A stretch of DNA of 63,275 nucleotides, counting the filler, from Licmophora abbreviata (lineage: Eukaryota): NCBI GenBank assembly GCA_900291995.1. It is 15 parts of 15 records of this genome, joined end to end, with 100 filler letters (N's around TTAATTAATTAA, not from the genome) between each part and the next. Parts side by side here need not be neighbours in the genome. Positions count along the whole stretch, not along the records: positions 10,738 to 19,830 come from OLMU01001300.1; positions 19,931 to 21,121 come from OLMU01001301.1; positions 21,222 to 22,537 come from OLMU01001302.1; positions 22,638 to 24,270 come from OLMU01001303.1; positions 24,371 to 29,626 come from OLMU01001305.1; 10 more parts are not named here. One strand, written 5' to 3'. A program made the translations under genes and the position numbers. Positions 11,886-24,835 of this stretch are shown piece after piece. Position 1 is the stretch's first letter; each line of letters starts with the position of its first letter. The notes below the pieces were generated by a model, which did not search any database, had not been told where the DNA came from, and worked only from the letters and a program-made list of their open reading frames with translations.

Positions 11886-12818
11886 TTAGAGTCGAATTGC
11901 CGAGATAGATGTGTCATAACATGAATAGTTCATGACGTGGGGCGACACATAATTTCCTGAAGAGTTTGGAGGAATGCCCCACCCTCTTCCTCCCGGCTGG
12001 ACAGTGAAGACAAGGCGACCATGAGCTTCACGTGAGTACCCACTGGCGAGCGGTAGAACATCGACAACCCCATCTGCGAGTTCTATAAGATGCCGCTCCC
12101 AAGGAATATGTCGGTCGCCGACGACATTCGAGGGGCCTCTCCCTCCCGCTGCCATCCAGTCGACATGGAAGCTACCACCCGGGCGCACCCAATTATCATC
12201 CCGTGCTTTCATCAGAATCTGGTCAAAATCCTGTGAGCACCTCACCATGAGTCCGAATGCTCCAGTGCGAGCGGCTAGTGCCTTCACAGAGGAGACAAAA
12301 GCGTACGACAGTCGCTCACCCACGAGACCTGCCAAGGCGGATACGTCGTCCAGAACAAGCCAGCTGGACTTTCTTGTTTCAGCTGCCCATACCCGAATGT
12401 TATGGTAGAGCTCTTTCATGTACAGTTCCATGTGCACATCGGACGAATCTTCATGCGACAGTCTTTCTCCAAGTTCGGCCGGTACACAGCAGATGCGCAG
12501 GGGCGTTTGTTCCTCTGATCCCCGTCCCACCGCATGCCGTACCACTCCAGTTCGTCTCAACTGATGCGCTGTCACATCCATCTTTTTCAATGCATTGGTG
12601 ATCAAATGTTCCGGACAGGGCCCGCCTGAAACCCACAGCACACTTGCAACAATAGTACTCTTGTGGGCCAGCAAAACCTGCGACGTCAATGTGTAGAGAA
12701 GAAAACGTCCATTCGATTCCACAGAATCGCATACGAGAAAACATCGGCCATCCCCTGGAGGAGATGAGGGCCATGGAAGCGCCTCGGTTAGGAAAACGGA
12801 TGAAGTGTGACTCGTCAT
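11886..12818 (-). CDS. ELP6: Elongator complex protein 6-like (RecA fold)
   Basis: FLVCDSVESNGRFLL, WLVLDDVSAL and ADGVVDVLPLASGYSREAHGRL match the ELP6 signature. Confidence 0.8.
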   Translation of the reverse strand: MTSHTSSVFLTEALPWPSSPPGDGRCFLVCDSVESNGRFLLYTLTSQVLLAHKSTIVASVLWVSGGPCPEHLITNALKKMDVTAHQLRRTGVVRHAVGRGSEEQTPLRICCVPAELGERLSHEDSSDVHMELYMKELYHNIRVWAAETRKSSWLVLDDVSALAGLVGERLSYAFVSSVKALAARTGAFGLMVRCSQDFDQILMKARDDNWVRPGGSFHVDWMAAGGRGPSNVVGDRHIPWERHLIELADGVVDVLPLASGYSREAHGRLVFTVQPGGRGWGIPPNSSGNYVSPHVMNYSCYDTSISAIRL

Positions 12819-13157
12819 GTCTGATCCTCATGAATAGAGGTGGTGTGGAAGAGTGAGATGAATTTTGATGATGCGTGTTTTGTGTTTGTGGTGTTGGGTG
12901 TTGGATCGCCCTTCGAAACTCACGGATAGACGGCTGGTGTACAGACGTTGGAAGGTCTGTACCTGGTATGTACCGGTACCACCGCTCCACGCTCCACCGA
13001 CCATCACAAAAAAGCCGACCACATCGACCATCCGACACACCACACACACACGCGCGCAATCACAAAAGCAAACACTCACTTGACTTGGTGCGTTGGTGTG
13101 TTCATGTTCCATCATCTTCAATCTCCTTTGGTTCAAACGCTTCTCGATCCTAGCAAA

Positions 13158-13915
13158 ATGCCCGAAGAATCTACGGCGTTACATCAGAACTGGGTTTTGT
13201 GGTACGACAATCCCCGCTTGGCACCTGCCGACAGCGACTGGAAGGACAATCTAAAGCACTGCGGTACCTTTGACGACGTCGAGACGTTTTGGCGCGTCTT
13301 CAACAATGTCAAGCCTGCTAGCGATCTAGGCTTGAACTCGAACTACCATTTATTCAGAGGTAAACTTTGCTTTCCTGAGGGCTTCGTAAAAAACTTCTCC
13401 TTTTCGTGTTTCGAACCTCGACTAACCCTTTGTCGCGTCGACCTGTCGCCTACCAAAACAGAGGGTATCTTTCCCATGTGGGAAGATCCTGCCTGTGTCA
13501 ACGGAGGAAAGTTCATTCTGACAATTCCTAAGAAGGACAGCAAGAGTGGGCGATGTAATGAATGGTGGCTTTACACGGTTCTTGCGATCATCGGCGAGAC
13601 GCTAGACCTGAACGGAGATGAAGTATGCGGCGCAGTAGTGTCAATTCGGAAGTCTCAGGATCGAATCGCATTGTGGCTCAAAAGTAGTGACAAGGGTAGA
13701 TGCGTCGCTATCGGCGAACGCTGGAAGAAGTCACTTGAACTGAACAAGACGTCTCTCAAGTATCAAACACACAAGGATGGTAAGGTTTGGGTGCATTGTG
13801 AATGTGACTTCTGTAGTCATACTGAGATCCCCTCAACGCGTTCATGCTTGTATTCACTTTTCTAGCTGCGGCATCTGGTCACTCTTTCAAGAACGAAGTC
13901 AAATTTGAGGTGTAA
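13158..13915 (+). CDS. eIF4E: Eukaryotic translation initiation factor 4E
   Basis: Motifs LHQNWVLWYD, FDDVETFW, YHLFR-EGIFPMWED, VCGAVVSIRKSQDRIALW. Introns 13360..13461 and 13780..13865. Confidence 0.95.
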
Positions 13916-14179
13916 CGGGGAATGAAATGCCTTCAGCCTGCAGACTGATCATTCCATTCGGGTTTTTCCACCTTGAACACGTTCTCCCGTCCATCGGATA
14001 GCTTGAACTGCGGCTGGGATCCGGAGGATTCGAATTGGCGTTGGTCTGTATAAATAGGTGAACTTCTCGAATGTATTGAATTAGCTTGCTTGGAGTGACA
14101 TACCTGTACGATCATATTTTTTCTGTACGATGTCCACCATCATCTCGCCTCTCACGTTCACAATCACATCATTGATCGC

Positions 14180-14200
14180 GGGTTAGGGTTAGGGTTAGGG
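14180..14200 (+). repeat. Interstitial telomeric tract (GGGTTA)3GGG
   Basis: gggttagggttagggttaggg lies 128 nt upstream of the BEACH gene ATG. Confidence 0.9.
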
Positions 14201-14327
14201 GATGAACTTCTCCGTATACTGTTAATGTTGTATATGATGTTGCCGGTATACGACGCCGTGGAATCCACGCCTCCGATTTCCAGGCATCCCTGATGATCCC
14301 TGACCTTATACTTTTCTGTTCCCAACC

Positions 14328-17300
14328 ATGGTGGTTCTCTCGTCGTCATGGTTTCGACGGGATGCCTCTGTGGCACCGTCCCATGCCGCCAAGGTATCTA
14401 TCAAGGACGCGGTGCAGGCATTGACACCGAAAAATGTTGACGCAGAAGAAAGAAATCGATTTTCGCAGCTACTCTTGGAGCACGGAGAGGGACATCTTCA
14501 GGATTGGGCCGTTTTTGCTTCCTCGCAGTCTATTCCGGGCTCATCCCCGACGTATGCGACACCAAAATCTCGTCAACAGACGCAATGGGCACAGGCTTCT
14601 TCGATGAGCCCGAGAAAAGGGTCAGCGGGCAGGTTTCTGTTGAATTCGAAGCGTCCCAGCATTCACATTTACGAGAATGAATTTGCTCCCTCGGTCAACA
14701 TGAAAAAGATCGAAGGCAGATTACACCTTTGCAGTCGATCGATTGTCTTTGAACCAACAGATCCCACTAGAGGTATCGTTAGATGCCCCTTTCGTCGCAT
14801 GGGGACGCCTCCCCGATCCTACACGCTAGACAAGGACGAGTACAAAGATCTTTCGAACACCATGCCGCTGGCGATTGCATTCCCTTGTAGCCGACACCTG
14901 GTCATCAAGGCAAACAACCTCATTGGACCATTTGAAAGTGTAGAGGTTCCTGTTCAGCTACGATTTACGTTTCTTCACTCCTCCCCAGATCGATTTCTTG
15001 AGCTCTGTCAGGAACTGTATCGACTTGTCAATCACAACGCCCGCAGGGGATTCGACACGCCCGAACTGGATCGCATTATGAAGCCCATGCTCGATCGACC
15101 GTTTGATCCATCTAATCTAGTCGATATTCGGGAACGCCCTCTAACCGCAAACTTGAGGTGCATGCTCGTCTCTCCCCTTCAGTCACGACCGGGCTGTGTC
15201 ATTGTTACAAGTGATCGTCTCTATTTTCAGCCAGCGGAAGGTGTTCTGTCAGATGTGACGACGGCGAAATGCCTGTCTTGGTATTTGGCCGACATTGTGG
15301 CATACGCCCGCCGCTACAAGGGCCTCAAAGATAGCGCTCTGGAATTGTATTGGAAAGATGGATCTTCTGTATTCTTGGCATTTGAACGGCCGCGGGAACG
15401 AGAACGTGTCGTGAGGCTAATACCCAAGCACGTGCCGTCCCACACCGATCGAGACTTCATTGTCGAAGCAGTGCGAGAGTGGCAACAGGGTAGTATTTCG
15501 AACTACGACTATCTTATGTTGCTGAATTCCGCGGCAGGTCGGAGTTTCCACGATTTGTCCAGATATCCAGTCTTTCCATGGGTCATAGCAGACTATGAGA
15601 GCGAGACGCTGGATCTCACGAAAGAAGAAACCTTTCGGGATCTGTCGAAGCCAGTTGGAGCTCTAAACGACGAGCGTTTACAATACTTTCGCGACAGGCT
15701 TCAGGGTATGCATGGAATGGAAGAGCCCTTTCTTTTCGGAACGCATTACTCCGCTCCTGGGTACGTTTTGTACTATCTTGTCCGAAGCATGCCGGAACAC
15801 ATGCTATGCCTTCAAAATGGAAAATTTGATGCTCCAGACCGTTTGTTTTACAGTATCGCCCACTGCTACTCGTGTGCGTTATCAAACCACGCTGATGTCA
15901 AGGAGCTCATTCCTGAATTTTACAACCCCTCCGGAGGTTTCGACTTTCTCATCAATGCTCGTGGGCTTCAACTGGGTGCAACACAGACTGGCGATCGTGT
16001 GAACGATGTCAAATTGCCGCCATGGGCTAGATCGCCTCGAGACTTCCTGCGGAAGAACCGTAAAGCGCTTGAGTCTGAAATGTGCTCTCGTATTCTGCCA
16101 AGATGGATCGATCTTATATTTGGTGTCAACTCTCGAGGTGAAGCGGCCCTGGAGGCCTCCAATCTATTCCACCCAATGGCGTATTTAAACGCGAAGACAC
16201 TGGAAGCAATGGAAACGGATCAAGAGCGCTTCCAAGCGGAGCTTCAGGCCGTGGAGTTCGGTATCGTTCCCGATCAATTGTTCACCGAAGCGCATCCCGA
16301 CTCAGGCGTTCCTGCAGAATCAGACGATTTTGTGATTAAGGACTTGGGCAGAGCCATCATCGATGGTGAGATGGATGGCTCTGTTGACGCAGATGGAGAG
16401 TCGACTCGATCAGGTGAACAAGCGTGGGAGCTGTTGGATAATCCATCGACCAATAGTGTTGATGAAAGTCGCAACATCGACCGAATCGGATCCTCCGAAA
16501 GTGTTCTGTCGAGAAGGTCTCCGAATGTCGGTTTTGGTTCATCGGAGATGGTCTCCTCGGCTATGGAGAAACTGCTTTACGAAAAGCAGAATTCTGGACC
16601 AGTAAGGAAGAACGTGGCGCCGACGTCCGGAGAGAAAGCGAAGTTATCTTGGGTATCGTCCGCTTCTTTTTCCTCCCCCGGGTCACAGGCTGACGTGATG
16701 CCTTCGCCACCCTCTGACTCAGCTACTAGTCAGGGACAGGTGAATGCTGGGACGAACACTGGGCAAGCGCATCAGTCGATGCAAGGCCTTCTTGAAGATC
16801 GATCCCGATACCTCGGAAGCTCGTCAACGGATTCTGAGAAGCAGAGTACCGGTACAAGTAAATCTCAGCCTCTGCGAAGTGCAGAAGAGTCTGCTCGCTT
16901 TGCCACACCATCCGCCGCGCCAGCCAGTTTCGAAGGAGCTTCTCAACAGCGGAGACGTACTAGCGATACGGCTGCTGCCGACGTACCTCGGTCACTGCCG
17001 AACGCATCTACATCCGGTGGCAGTCTTGCTACATGGGACATGACAGTTTTAGAGAGAAAGCACATCCATACTGACTCTCTGAGTGGCTGTTCTCTTCTTT
17101 TGGAGGTTGGGGGCCACAATGAGTCGTTCTTGACAACTGTTTCTCTAGATGGTGGCCTTGGTGTCTACTCACTTTCATTGGACGAGGACAGGGACAAGAC
17201 CATCGGTGATTCTCAGAAACGAGGCTTCACCGGGACTTTCAGTCGCCTCCCGTATATGGGCATGGCCCAGACGCCCGCCTCGCAGTCAAAATTCACGCGG

Positions 17301-18366
17301 TACCGCTCTCACAGTGCGTCAGACCCGTTGGCATGCCTAGCACTTGCGACCGATGGGCATGGTGGGTATGTGGCTTTCGCAGGTGGACACGATGACGTTG
17401 TACTAGCGTACGGCATCAACTCGGCTTGCGCAGTGGCGTCCGTCTATTCCCATCGAGATGCTGTCACTGGAATCGACGTTATTTCGAGATCGCCGGGCAT
17501 GGCTGAGAACGCGATCTGGCGTGACAAGTCGACTCATCTGATGATTAGTGGGAGTTGGGATGCGACAGTCAAAGTATGGTCCGTAGCTGTATCGTCAGGG
17601 GAGACGGTCTCCATAAACCGCGAACCCTTGGCGGAACTTTTCGACGCGGACTCTCCTGTTGTGTCGCTTTCTGCCGTTGCAGTTGCTGACACGGGCATAG
17701 CTATCAGTGCGGGGTGTACGGATGGGAGTTTTGTCGTCTGGATATTCCATGATGACGGGAGTGAGTGGACGAGGTGCTGCTCACCAAATCATTGTTGATA
17801 CCTGGTACCAGGAGGTTTCTAACTTTGCTCTTTTGTCTACCTCAGTGAAAGTGATGATTCACAAGGAGCCTGCGCGAAGAGGGGCCGGCCCTTGCTCGGC
17901 TGTTCGGTGGGCAAAGGAAAGCGGGGCGGCATATCTCTTTGCAGGATTTGCAAACGGACGGATTGCGTCCTTCGGCCTTGTCGACGGGGCTTTGCAGAAG
18001 ATAGGCGCGGTGTCTGTCGGAGTGGCGGTGCGTGTATGCTATCTGCTGTCAAATTTTTTCGAACAGTTGTCGCTCGTTCTAATTGTCATTCATACTTTCT
18101 CCCGTCCTCTCCTCCAGACGAAATGCCTCGTGTATTCTGAGGGAATTTTGCTTGCCGGCTGTTCCGATGGGGGCCTCCGGCTAATTCCGATTCGAGACGG
18201 CGCAAACTTTGATGGTGGAAGGCCAACTCTCTTTCCAGCTCTACATGGGAAATCTGCCTCAGGCGTGAGCTGCGTAAGCATGTCTTTCACAAGAGATCGT
18301 TGTATTTGTTCAACTGGAGCGGATGACGGGAGTGTGGCAGTTTTCGAGCTGAAGAGGGCAATGTAG
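14328..18366 (+). CDS. BEACH-domain protein, FAN/NSMAF-like (GRAM, PH, BEACH, WD40)
   Basis: Motifs GRLHLCSRSIVFEP, WQQGSISNYDYLMLLNSAAGRSFHDLSRYPVFPW, GTHYS, DVKELIPEFY, WIDLIFG and SGSWDATVKVW. Introns 17761..17845 and 18028..18117. Confidence 0.92.
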
Positions 18367-18619
18367 GAGGCGCACGAACTGTACTTGGTACTTGGAACGT
18401 CGGTCTACCAAGCATGTGAGCAACTGATACGACTTCAGGCTGTAGGCGAAGTGGGATAATCGTCAGTAACAGGTAGGTACTCGATCCCCCAATGGATGCC
18501 TATCATACGACTGTAAAAAAGCTGCTCTGTAGCTAGTTAATTCATTCGAAGTGAAGAAGTCGCAAACAGGCGTCTGAGCTATGCTCATTAACTCCTCCTC
18601 TTGCAAACAGGCGTCGGAG

Positions 18620-19078
18620 CTACTCGTCGACCTTTCCACTTGATCCGAAAGCATTTCTTTTCTCGACGAGCTTTTCTTTCATACGAGTGACGGGGCGCAT
18701 TTGACCATCTTCGTCCATCATCCACTTGAAGTATCCAGCTTGTGATGGTCCGGCGTAGTCCTCAGTAATATCAAACGAATCACGATCGAGTTTCTTGTCC
18801 TTGTCGTTCATGCCATAGAAGTTACTCTTTCTCTTTCCATAGAAGGCCGACCCCCCTCCAAGCCGTCGACTGGTGGCATCGTCGACAAATGCATCAAGCT
18901 CCGCAAAGAATTCTGCAAAGAATCCGATTTTTCGGGGTGGTTCCGAGTCTTCTGACATGGCGGGCTTCGTCAGCGTGCGAGAAGACATCGCCGACCGCTG
19001 GACCAGGGGCGAAAACGAATGCGCGGCCCTAACGACACTCTGTAGGATCATCAGAGGGATGACAAAAGACGTTCTCAT
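18620..19078 (-). CDS. Small hypothetical protein, probably plastid-targeted
   Basis: Signal peptide plus AHSF-like cleavage site, then a conserved-looking core ELDAFVDDATSRRLGGGSAFYGKRKSNFYG. Confidence 0.7.
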   Translation of the reverse strand: MRTSFVIPLMILQSVVRAAHSFSPLVQRSAMSSRTLTKPAMSEDSEPPRKIGFFAEFFAELDAFVDDATSRRLGGGSAFYGKRKSNFYGMNDKDKKLDRDSFDITEDYAGPSQAGYFKWMMDEDGQMRPVTRMKEKLVEKRNAFGSSGKVDE

Positions 19079-20893
19079 ACCACTCACTGGTTTTCTTCCT
19101 GTTTTTGAGGAAAGGAATAACCACCAAGCCAAAAGATATCCTGGTAAAAACACAAACCCAAGCCAAATAAATGAAGAAGCCAGGATTCGTTCAACAACAA
19201 CACCACAACACCAACTGTAAATATACTGACAACAACAACACATCAACTGCAAAAAAATGCTTCCAACAAAGTAAGGTCACACGAAAGCAGCGGTTTGACC
19301 ACCGCGCCGACACGTCATCACCACAGAAGAAGCCGACCAGGTACCATACGAGGCTCGCTGTATGCATACTATAGTACTCGTATGTACCTGCGGGCTGACT
19401 TGCAATTTACCAGAATCTACGTATTTCCCGTATGTAGGACTTCAGTCGGAATTTGAACGGGCGCGAGTTACACACATCTCCCTTCTGGAAGAGCTCGACC
19501 ATCTCGCAGCGCGCCAAACGCGATGACTTTTCTTTCGAAACGGCCAAGTCGAAATTGCAATTTTTTTGCGCGAAACACATATCATACAATCACCACGATG
19601 GCATGATCACGGCGTTTGATGTTCCTGATTTCAGTTGCTGCAGTTACGACGACTTGCGTCTCGCTTGGTGTTGTCAGCTACTGGCTGCTTGGATCGATTT
19701 CATTTTCATCCACATCACAAAAGTCGTTCATCGTATTATCGAGTGACCGGTACGACATCGCTCCTACTGGACTATCTGAACGAGACCGTGGACGCCGTTT
19801 GGGGAGGTGCATGCGCCGAAGCGAAGCCGGNNNNNNNNNNNNNNNNNNNNNNNNNNNNNNNNNNNNNNNNNNNNTTAATTAATTAANNNNNNNNNNNNNN
19901 NNNNNNNNNNNNNNNNNNNNNNNNNNNNNNAGGTGCATGCGCCGAAGCGAAGCCGGCCGCCTTTCAAGGGAGTGTTTGTTTCTCCAAAACAGTGTCAGCG
20001 CAGCACCAGGAAATGCTTGCGATTGAGGTAGCTAGTAGAGTTGCGGCCCTGTTGCGTGGCTGACATCGCTTCGCTTGCAGCTATCACTGGCTCCAGTGCC
20101 ATGAGTGAGTTGTCGTCAACGTGATTGACGTCGACACGAATAAATACAAGAGCATCCGGGAAATCAACTTGCGAACTACAGTATTTTTGCCGAATGATGA
20201 CGTCTTGAGAAGGAAAGCAATTCTTTCGTCTCTTCCTCGTGGGTGCTGGGTGTGACTTCTAAGTAGACGTTCGTCGCGCCGGTGTGATTCATAGAGAAGA
20301 GCTGTCGACTGGCTCCCTAGACACAGCCCCTGAATGATAGGAGCTTTCGACTAGGCAGTGGATGAGACTGAAGGATACTCACATGAGGCTTCTACGACAT
20401 AAATGGTTTATGACGTCTGGTATCCTGCTGCAGCCATGAGGGGATGTGGTGGGTGGCGTCGAGTAGTCCCGTCTGGTGAAGTTGAGTCTTCTGGAAAGCA
20501 TGGCGAACTCATCGTCGGCCTGCAAAAGCAAAGATATTGTCCTGCAAGATATGACAGCCGCGTTCCTGGATTGCAAAAACGACGCACGATACGTTGACAT
20601 TTTGCGGTTACTTTGTTGACATTTTGCCGTTACTTTGGCTGGCTGCTTTGGTTGCTTGGAGACTTGTGTACGGCTGGTGCGCCGGCATACAATATCTACT
20701 ATAGAACTTCCGACCTACTAGACAGCAATCCACGGGCAAGCTGTGTTGACAAATTAATAACTAGTTGCTACAAGTGTTTGCTTCTCTTCTTCTTGGGTTG
20801 GATCCCCTCACTGTTTTTAGTGCTTGTTGCTCTCCACCTTAGTCTTGTGTGCTTGCCTGTAGCCGTCCGGACTCCAGTGGTCTAATAAAACTC

Positions 20894-21119
20894 GAGGAAG
20901 CATGGGCGAGGAGAAGTGTTCCACCTGTGGGCAGGTAGTGCTCTGCCCGGTCTGAACACTTTTCTCCCATGTGGAATCCAACCGGCGCTACACCTATCAA
21001 TGGCTTAGTGATAAGATGCTTCGGGCCCAGACTTGCCCTTGCAACCCGGTCGCGATGCAATCTCTGGTGACCTAGCTGTGTCTGAGGGTACCGTGCATCT
21101 ACAGCGATGGCATTGCACG
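20894..21119 (-). repeat. Dispersed ~220-bp repeat, copy 2
   Basis: Reverse complement of 10740-10962. Both copies run into an assembly gap at the same end of the repeat. Confidence 0.9.
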
Positions 21120-21231
21120 GTNNNNNNNNNNNNNNNNNNNNNNNNNNNNNNNNNNNNNNNNNNNNTTAATTAATTAANNNNNNNNNNNNNNNNNNNNNNN
21201 NNNNNNNNNNNNNNNNNNNNNAGGTACCGTA

Positions 21232-21340
21232 CCATTGTTTTTGTTGTTGTTTTTAAGAAACTAGAGGGTCTCTTCCACTAGTAGGGACGGACTCCGCCAT
21301 TGTTTTTGTTGTTGTTTTGAGAAAACTATAGGTCTCGTCC
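21232..21340. repeat. Imperfect tandem duplication of about 45 bp
   Basis: ccattgtttttgttgttgttttaagaaactagagggtctc and ccattgtttttgttgttgttttgagaaaactataggtctc. Confidence 0.75.
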
Positions 21341-24300
21341 CTCCTTTAACATGTCTACGAGTATAACGTCACCTCTCAGAGAAGCTTCTGGGAGCGTATG
21401 GACATAGTCGCCCCCGACGTAGGCCCTGCTAAGCAGTCCCATAGCCCGCACACCTCGATCCAGCAGGTACGTATTTCTTTTGTTTCACTAGCAAACAAAC
21501 ATACTGGACCTTTGGTATCCATACAGACAAACCTGGTACCTGGTACTGCTTTTGCTGTTGCTGTTTGCTGTTACTTTAATTTGGGGAGTACCTAAAGAGG
21601 GAGGGATCGATAGTCAACTCAAAGGCGATCACTAGTCGAAACTAAGGATGACTCCCCCCTTAAACATTCCCGTAGTCACTCCTCTAAGACTCTTAGAGGC
21701 TACTCTACGAGGACAAAGTAAAGTGCCTCGCCCATCGGCCGTGCACGCTAGGACCAGATAAATTGGTGCCAGCTTGGACCTAACCTGGTATGGATGCACC
21801 TGCTCGTCGACCAGACAAACAAAAGTGAGCATAGCATCCCTTCTTGGCTGGTTGCAGCCTTGGCCTGCAAATGGTAGAAGTAAGTAGACTGAAGTACATG
21901 CCGTCATCGTTAGTGTACAGTTTCAACGTGTTCTACACAAAACTCCATCCCGTTTTGTTTCTTCAATTCGACCGCACTGTAGCCGCGCGAGACGCCTAGA
22001 ATTCTCACTGCGCCCTAATGCTGGCACCTAGTAAAGCTACCATATAGCCCTCACTGAGCAATTTGATATCTGAAATGAAAGAACTTCAAGACGACAAACG
22101 GGGCAAAAGTGCTGCAAATATTTGATACCTGAGTTGAGAAAATTTCAAGGCATTAGAGGGATACAAATCAGAAGTCTTCTGACTGAAGCTTCTCTGTTAA
22201 AAGGAGAAAGAATCTCTTTGCTTTCAAACACTATGAGGCAGCGGGTAGAAATGCCATAATCGCATGTGAAAGCTTTAGTTGTCGGCACTGATCCTCTATC
22301 GCACAGGGAGTATAATTATGCCGAGCCTCGAAGTCATACTTCACCGAAGCTCAGATGGACAGTTGCGTCAATTTTCAATGTAAGGGAGATTAGGTAGTGA
22401 GTAAGGCGAAAATAGCGACCCATTGGGTCTGATATTCAAGTCCCGTTTCAAGCCAGTGACTTGGAGGCCTCCTCGCCAAAAACTTTTCAGTCATACTGAC
22501 TTTCAATGCAGCCCATTTCCAGTTCCCAGTTTTCGAGNNNNNNNNNNNNNNNNNNNNNNNNNNNNNNNNNNNNNNNNNNNNTTAATTAATTAANNNNNNN
22601 NNNNNNNNNNNNNNNNNNNNNNNNNNNNNNNNNNNNNCCAGTTTTCGAGTACAAAAGTCTGTGAATAGGTAGAGCACAGTAAAATTCTACGAAGTCGCAG
22701 AGCGAGGAGAACTAGCCGACACTCGCACATGTGCATGCATTGCTCCACCTTCAAGGGTCATGAGCTAAACAAATGTTCCGCGCCGCTTTTTGGGCTTCGG
22801 CCACTTCCTAAGCAAGTTTATACTAAGTTCTACGTAATTCCTACAGTTAGTCAAGGAGAGACCGGGCACCGGACTCGGGATTACTTTTACGTCGTACTCA
22901 AAGAAGATCGAGAATAATGAACAAAGTACCAGATACCGGATTTTTCTTGAACATGGAAGGCGTTTGTCTTAAAGGACTATACAGCAGTACTGCACAACCA
23001 AGGCATTTTTTTTCTCACACAGTATATCGGATGCTCGAAAGTGTTGCCTAGCTGGAATTTTTCTGATATTTCAAGGATTTGCTTCAGCGAGGAAAACATT
23101 CTTATCACAGGAAGTTGAAATCAAATGATGATACATCGAGAGACGTTGCTTCATCTACCTGGTATGGTCTCATGACTTAGAGAAACTCTGGCCCAGGTTT
23201 GGTTTATCAATAGCAATAAAGGCACTGTCCTGGGTATCAACTGAAAAGCGTAATCCGACTTTTCCAACCTTGCTATCGAAATGTCGCGTGCCATGCTCTA
23301 ACCCAGGAATCGCTAACGTAAATCGTTATCCTCAATCCCACCTGTCTCTTTCTTATCCAGGTGCAACCAGTGGGGTATCTGAATGCCGGCTGAGCTGATT
23401 GTTTGCATCTGCCTGGTGTTCGGTTGCACAAATTACTCGCAATTGAAACTGCTACTGTCGGGTAAATCGCCTAGGTGCTACTGTCATGTAAGATCAGAAG
23501 TTATCACGATAGCTTGTTGTCCTTGCTGCTGGAGTAGTACCCTAAGGTTGGCATGGCACGATTTATTAGCTCTTTTTCCATAGGTGACCGCTCTTGGTTT
23601 CCATACTTGACCGCCGGTTCCAAATAGGGGAGCGTCCCAAGAAAGAACGCACTAGATACAAATCAGGCAGCGAGAGCTTTGCTGCGCTGGAAGCAAACAT
23701 CCCAGCCACCCTGACTGCGGTGGCGAGGAATACTAACTAGAGAGGCATCATCGCTACTGTAGTAACGCGTAGTTATTCTCTGCTAGAGAAAGAGTAGACA
23801 GAGAGAGAGCTACCCCGTAGAGTTAAAATATATATGATAAGCGAGCGAAGATGACTGCCAGGAATATGGGTACAGTAGCTGCGATTGCCCCGGAACCGGC
23901 AGCTTTGTTCCTCGTGATGAACAAGTTTTGGAGTTTTGATAACTTGATTAGCCTAGGGTACCTCTATGAGTAGAGCACAAGATTTTGGTTTGTAGCCACG
24001 AGGACATCTATGGGACTGAGCTGATTCATTCATTGAAGAACTTGCCTGCACGACGAATATGGAACTGCTGAGCTGATTCATTAAAAAAACACAGGTGCAG
24101 GCTAACCCTACTAGGGAGAGAAAGTCTCCCAGCTTGATAGCAGTAGACGAGCTCTTGCTCTGAATCGTCTTGGGATCTGCATATACGGCAGAAGTGCTTG
24201 CAAGGCGTCGGTGAAAGGAAGAAATTCCTGAGGCTGACTGGATTGTCGACTGTGAGTTATCTCGAGAGACNNNNNNNNNNNNNNNNNNNNNNNNNNNNNN

Positions 24301-24835
24301 NNNNNNNNNNNNNNTTAATTAATTAANNNNNNNNNNNNNNNNNNNNNNNNNNNNNNNNNNNNNNNNNNNNGCTTCGGGACAACTTGGTTTAGAAACGGCA
24401 GCGGACTCCAGAGAGCGAAGACGGAGCTGGAATGGGAGTTACTCGACATTTTTGGAGGTAATAGAAACTGCAGAAACGACTGCATCAATAGTCAAGCCAA
24501 CAAGTGGCTGCAATGGCGATTCGCTCAAAAATAGGCATGATCTAAGCCGACTTGAGCTTGACTTAGAAAACTGCCTGGTAGTCAACGCAAAAGCGCAACC
24601 GGGCGCTTCCACTCTACCGGTACCGGCGGTATGCGCAGAAGAACCCAATGGTGATTATTAATTTTGTAAAGGTTCAATGAAGAACAATACACACATCATT
24701 TGCTAAACAAACTGTACAGTGGAATAACGAATGATCCACTCCTTGGCAGGTTCTGACGTTGTGGGACACTTCTAAGTACCGTACCACTATTTTTCGGATG
24801 CGTTTGAGCTGTGCATATTATAGAATTGGAAACCA

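Noticed and set aside
12948..13157. His-rich N-terminal extension of the eIF4E ORF
   Set aside because: Translation of a CA-rich bidirectional promoter/UTR from a TTG; the real start is probably ATG 13158.
19805..19956. 26-bp direct repeat aggtgcatgcgccgaagcgaagccgg flanking a gap (similarly ccagttttcgag at the 22538 gap and tgtggag at the 48387 gap)
   Set aside because: Contig-end overlaps from assembly, not target-site duplications; the RPL10A frame restores when the overlap is merged.
24439..24661. 69-aa ORFs on both strands after a gap
   Set aside because: Could be the 3' end of a gene lost in the gap, but too short and featureless to call.
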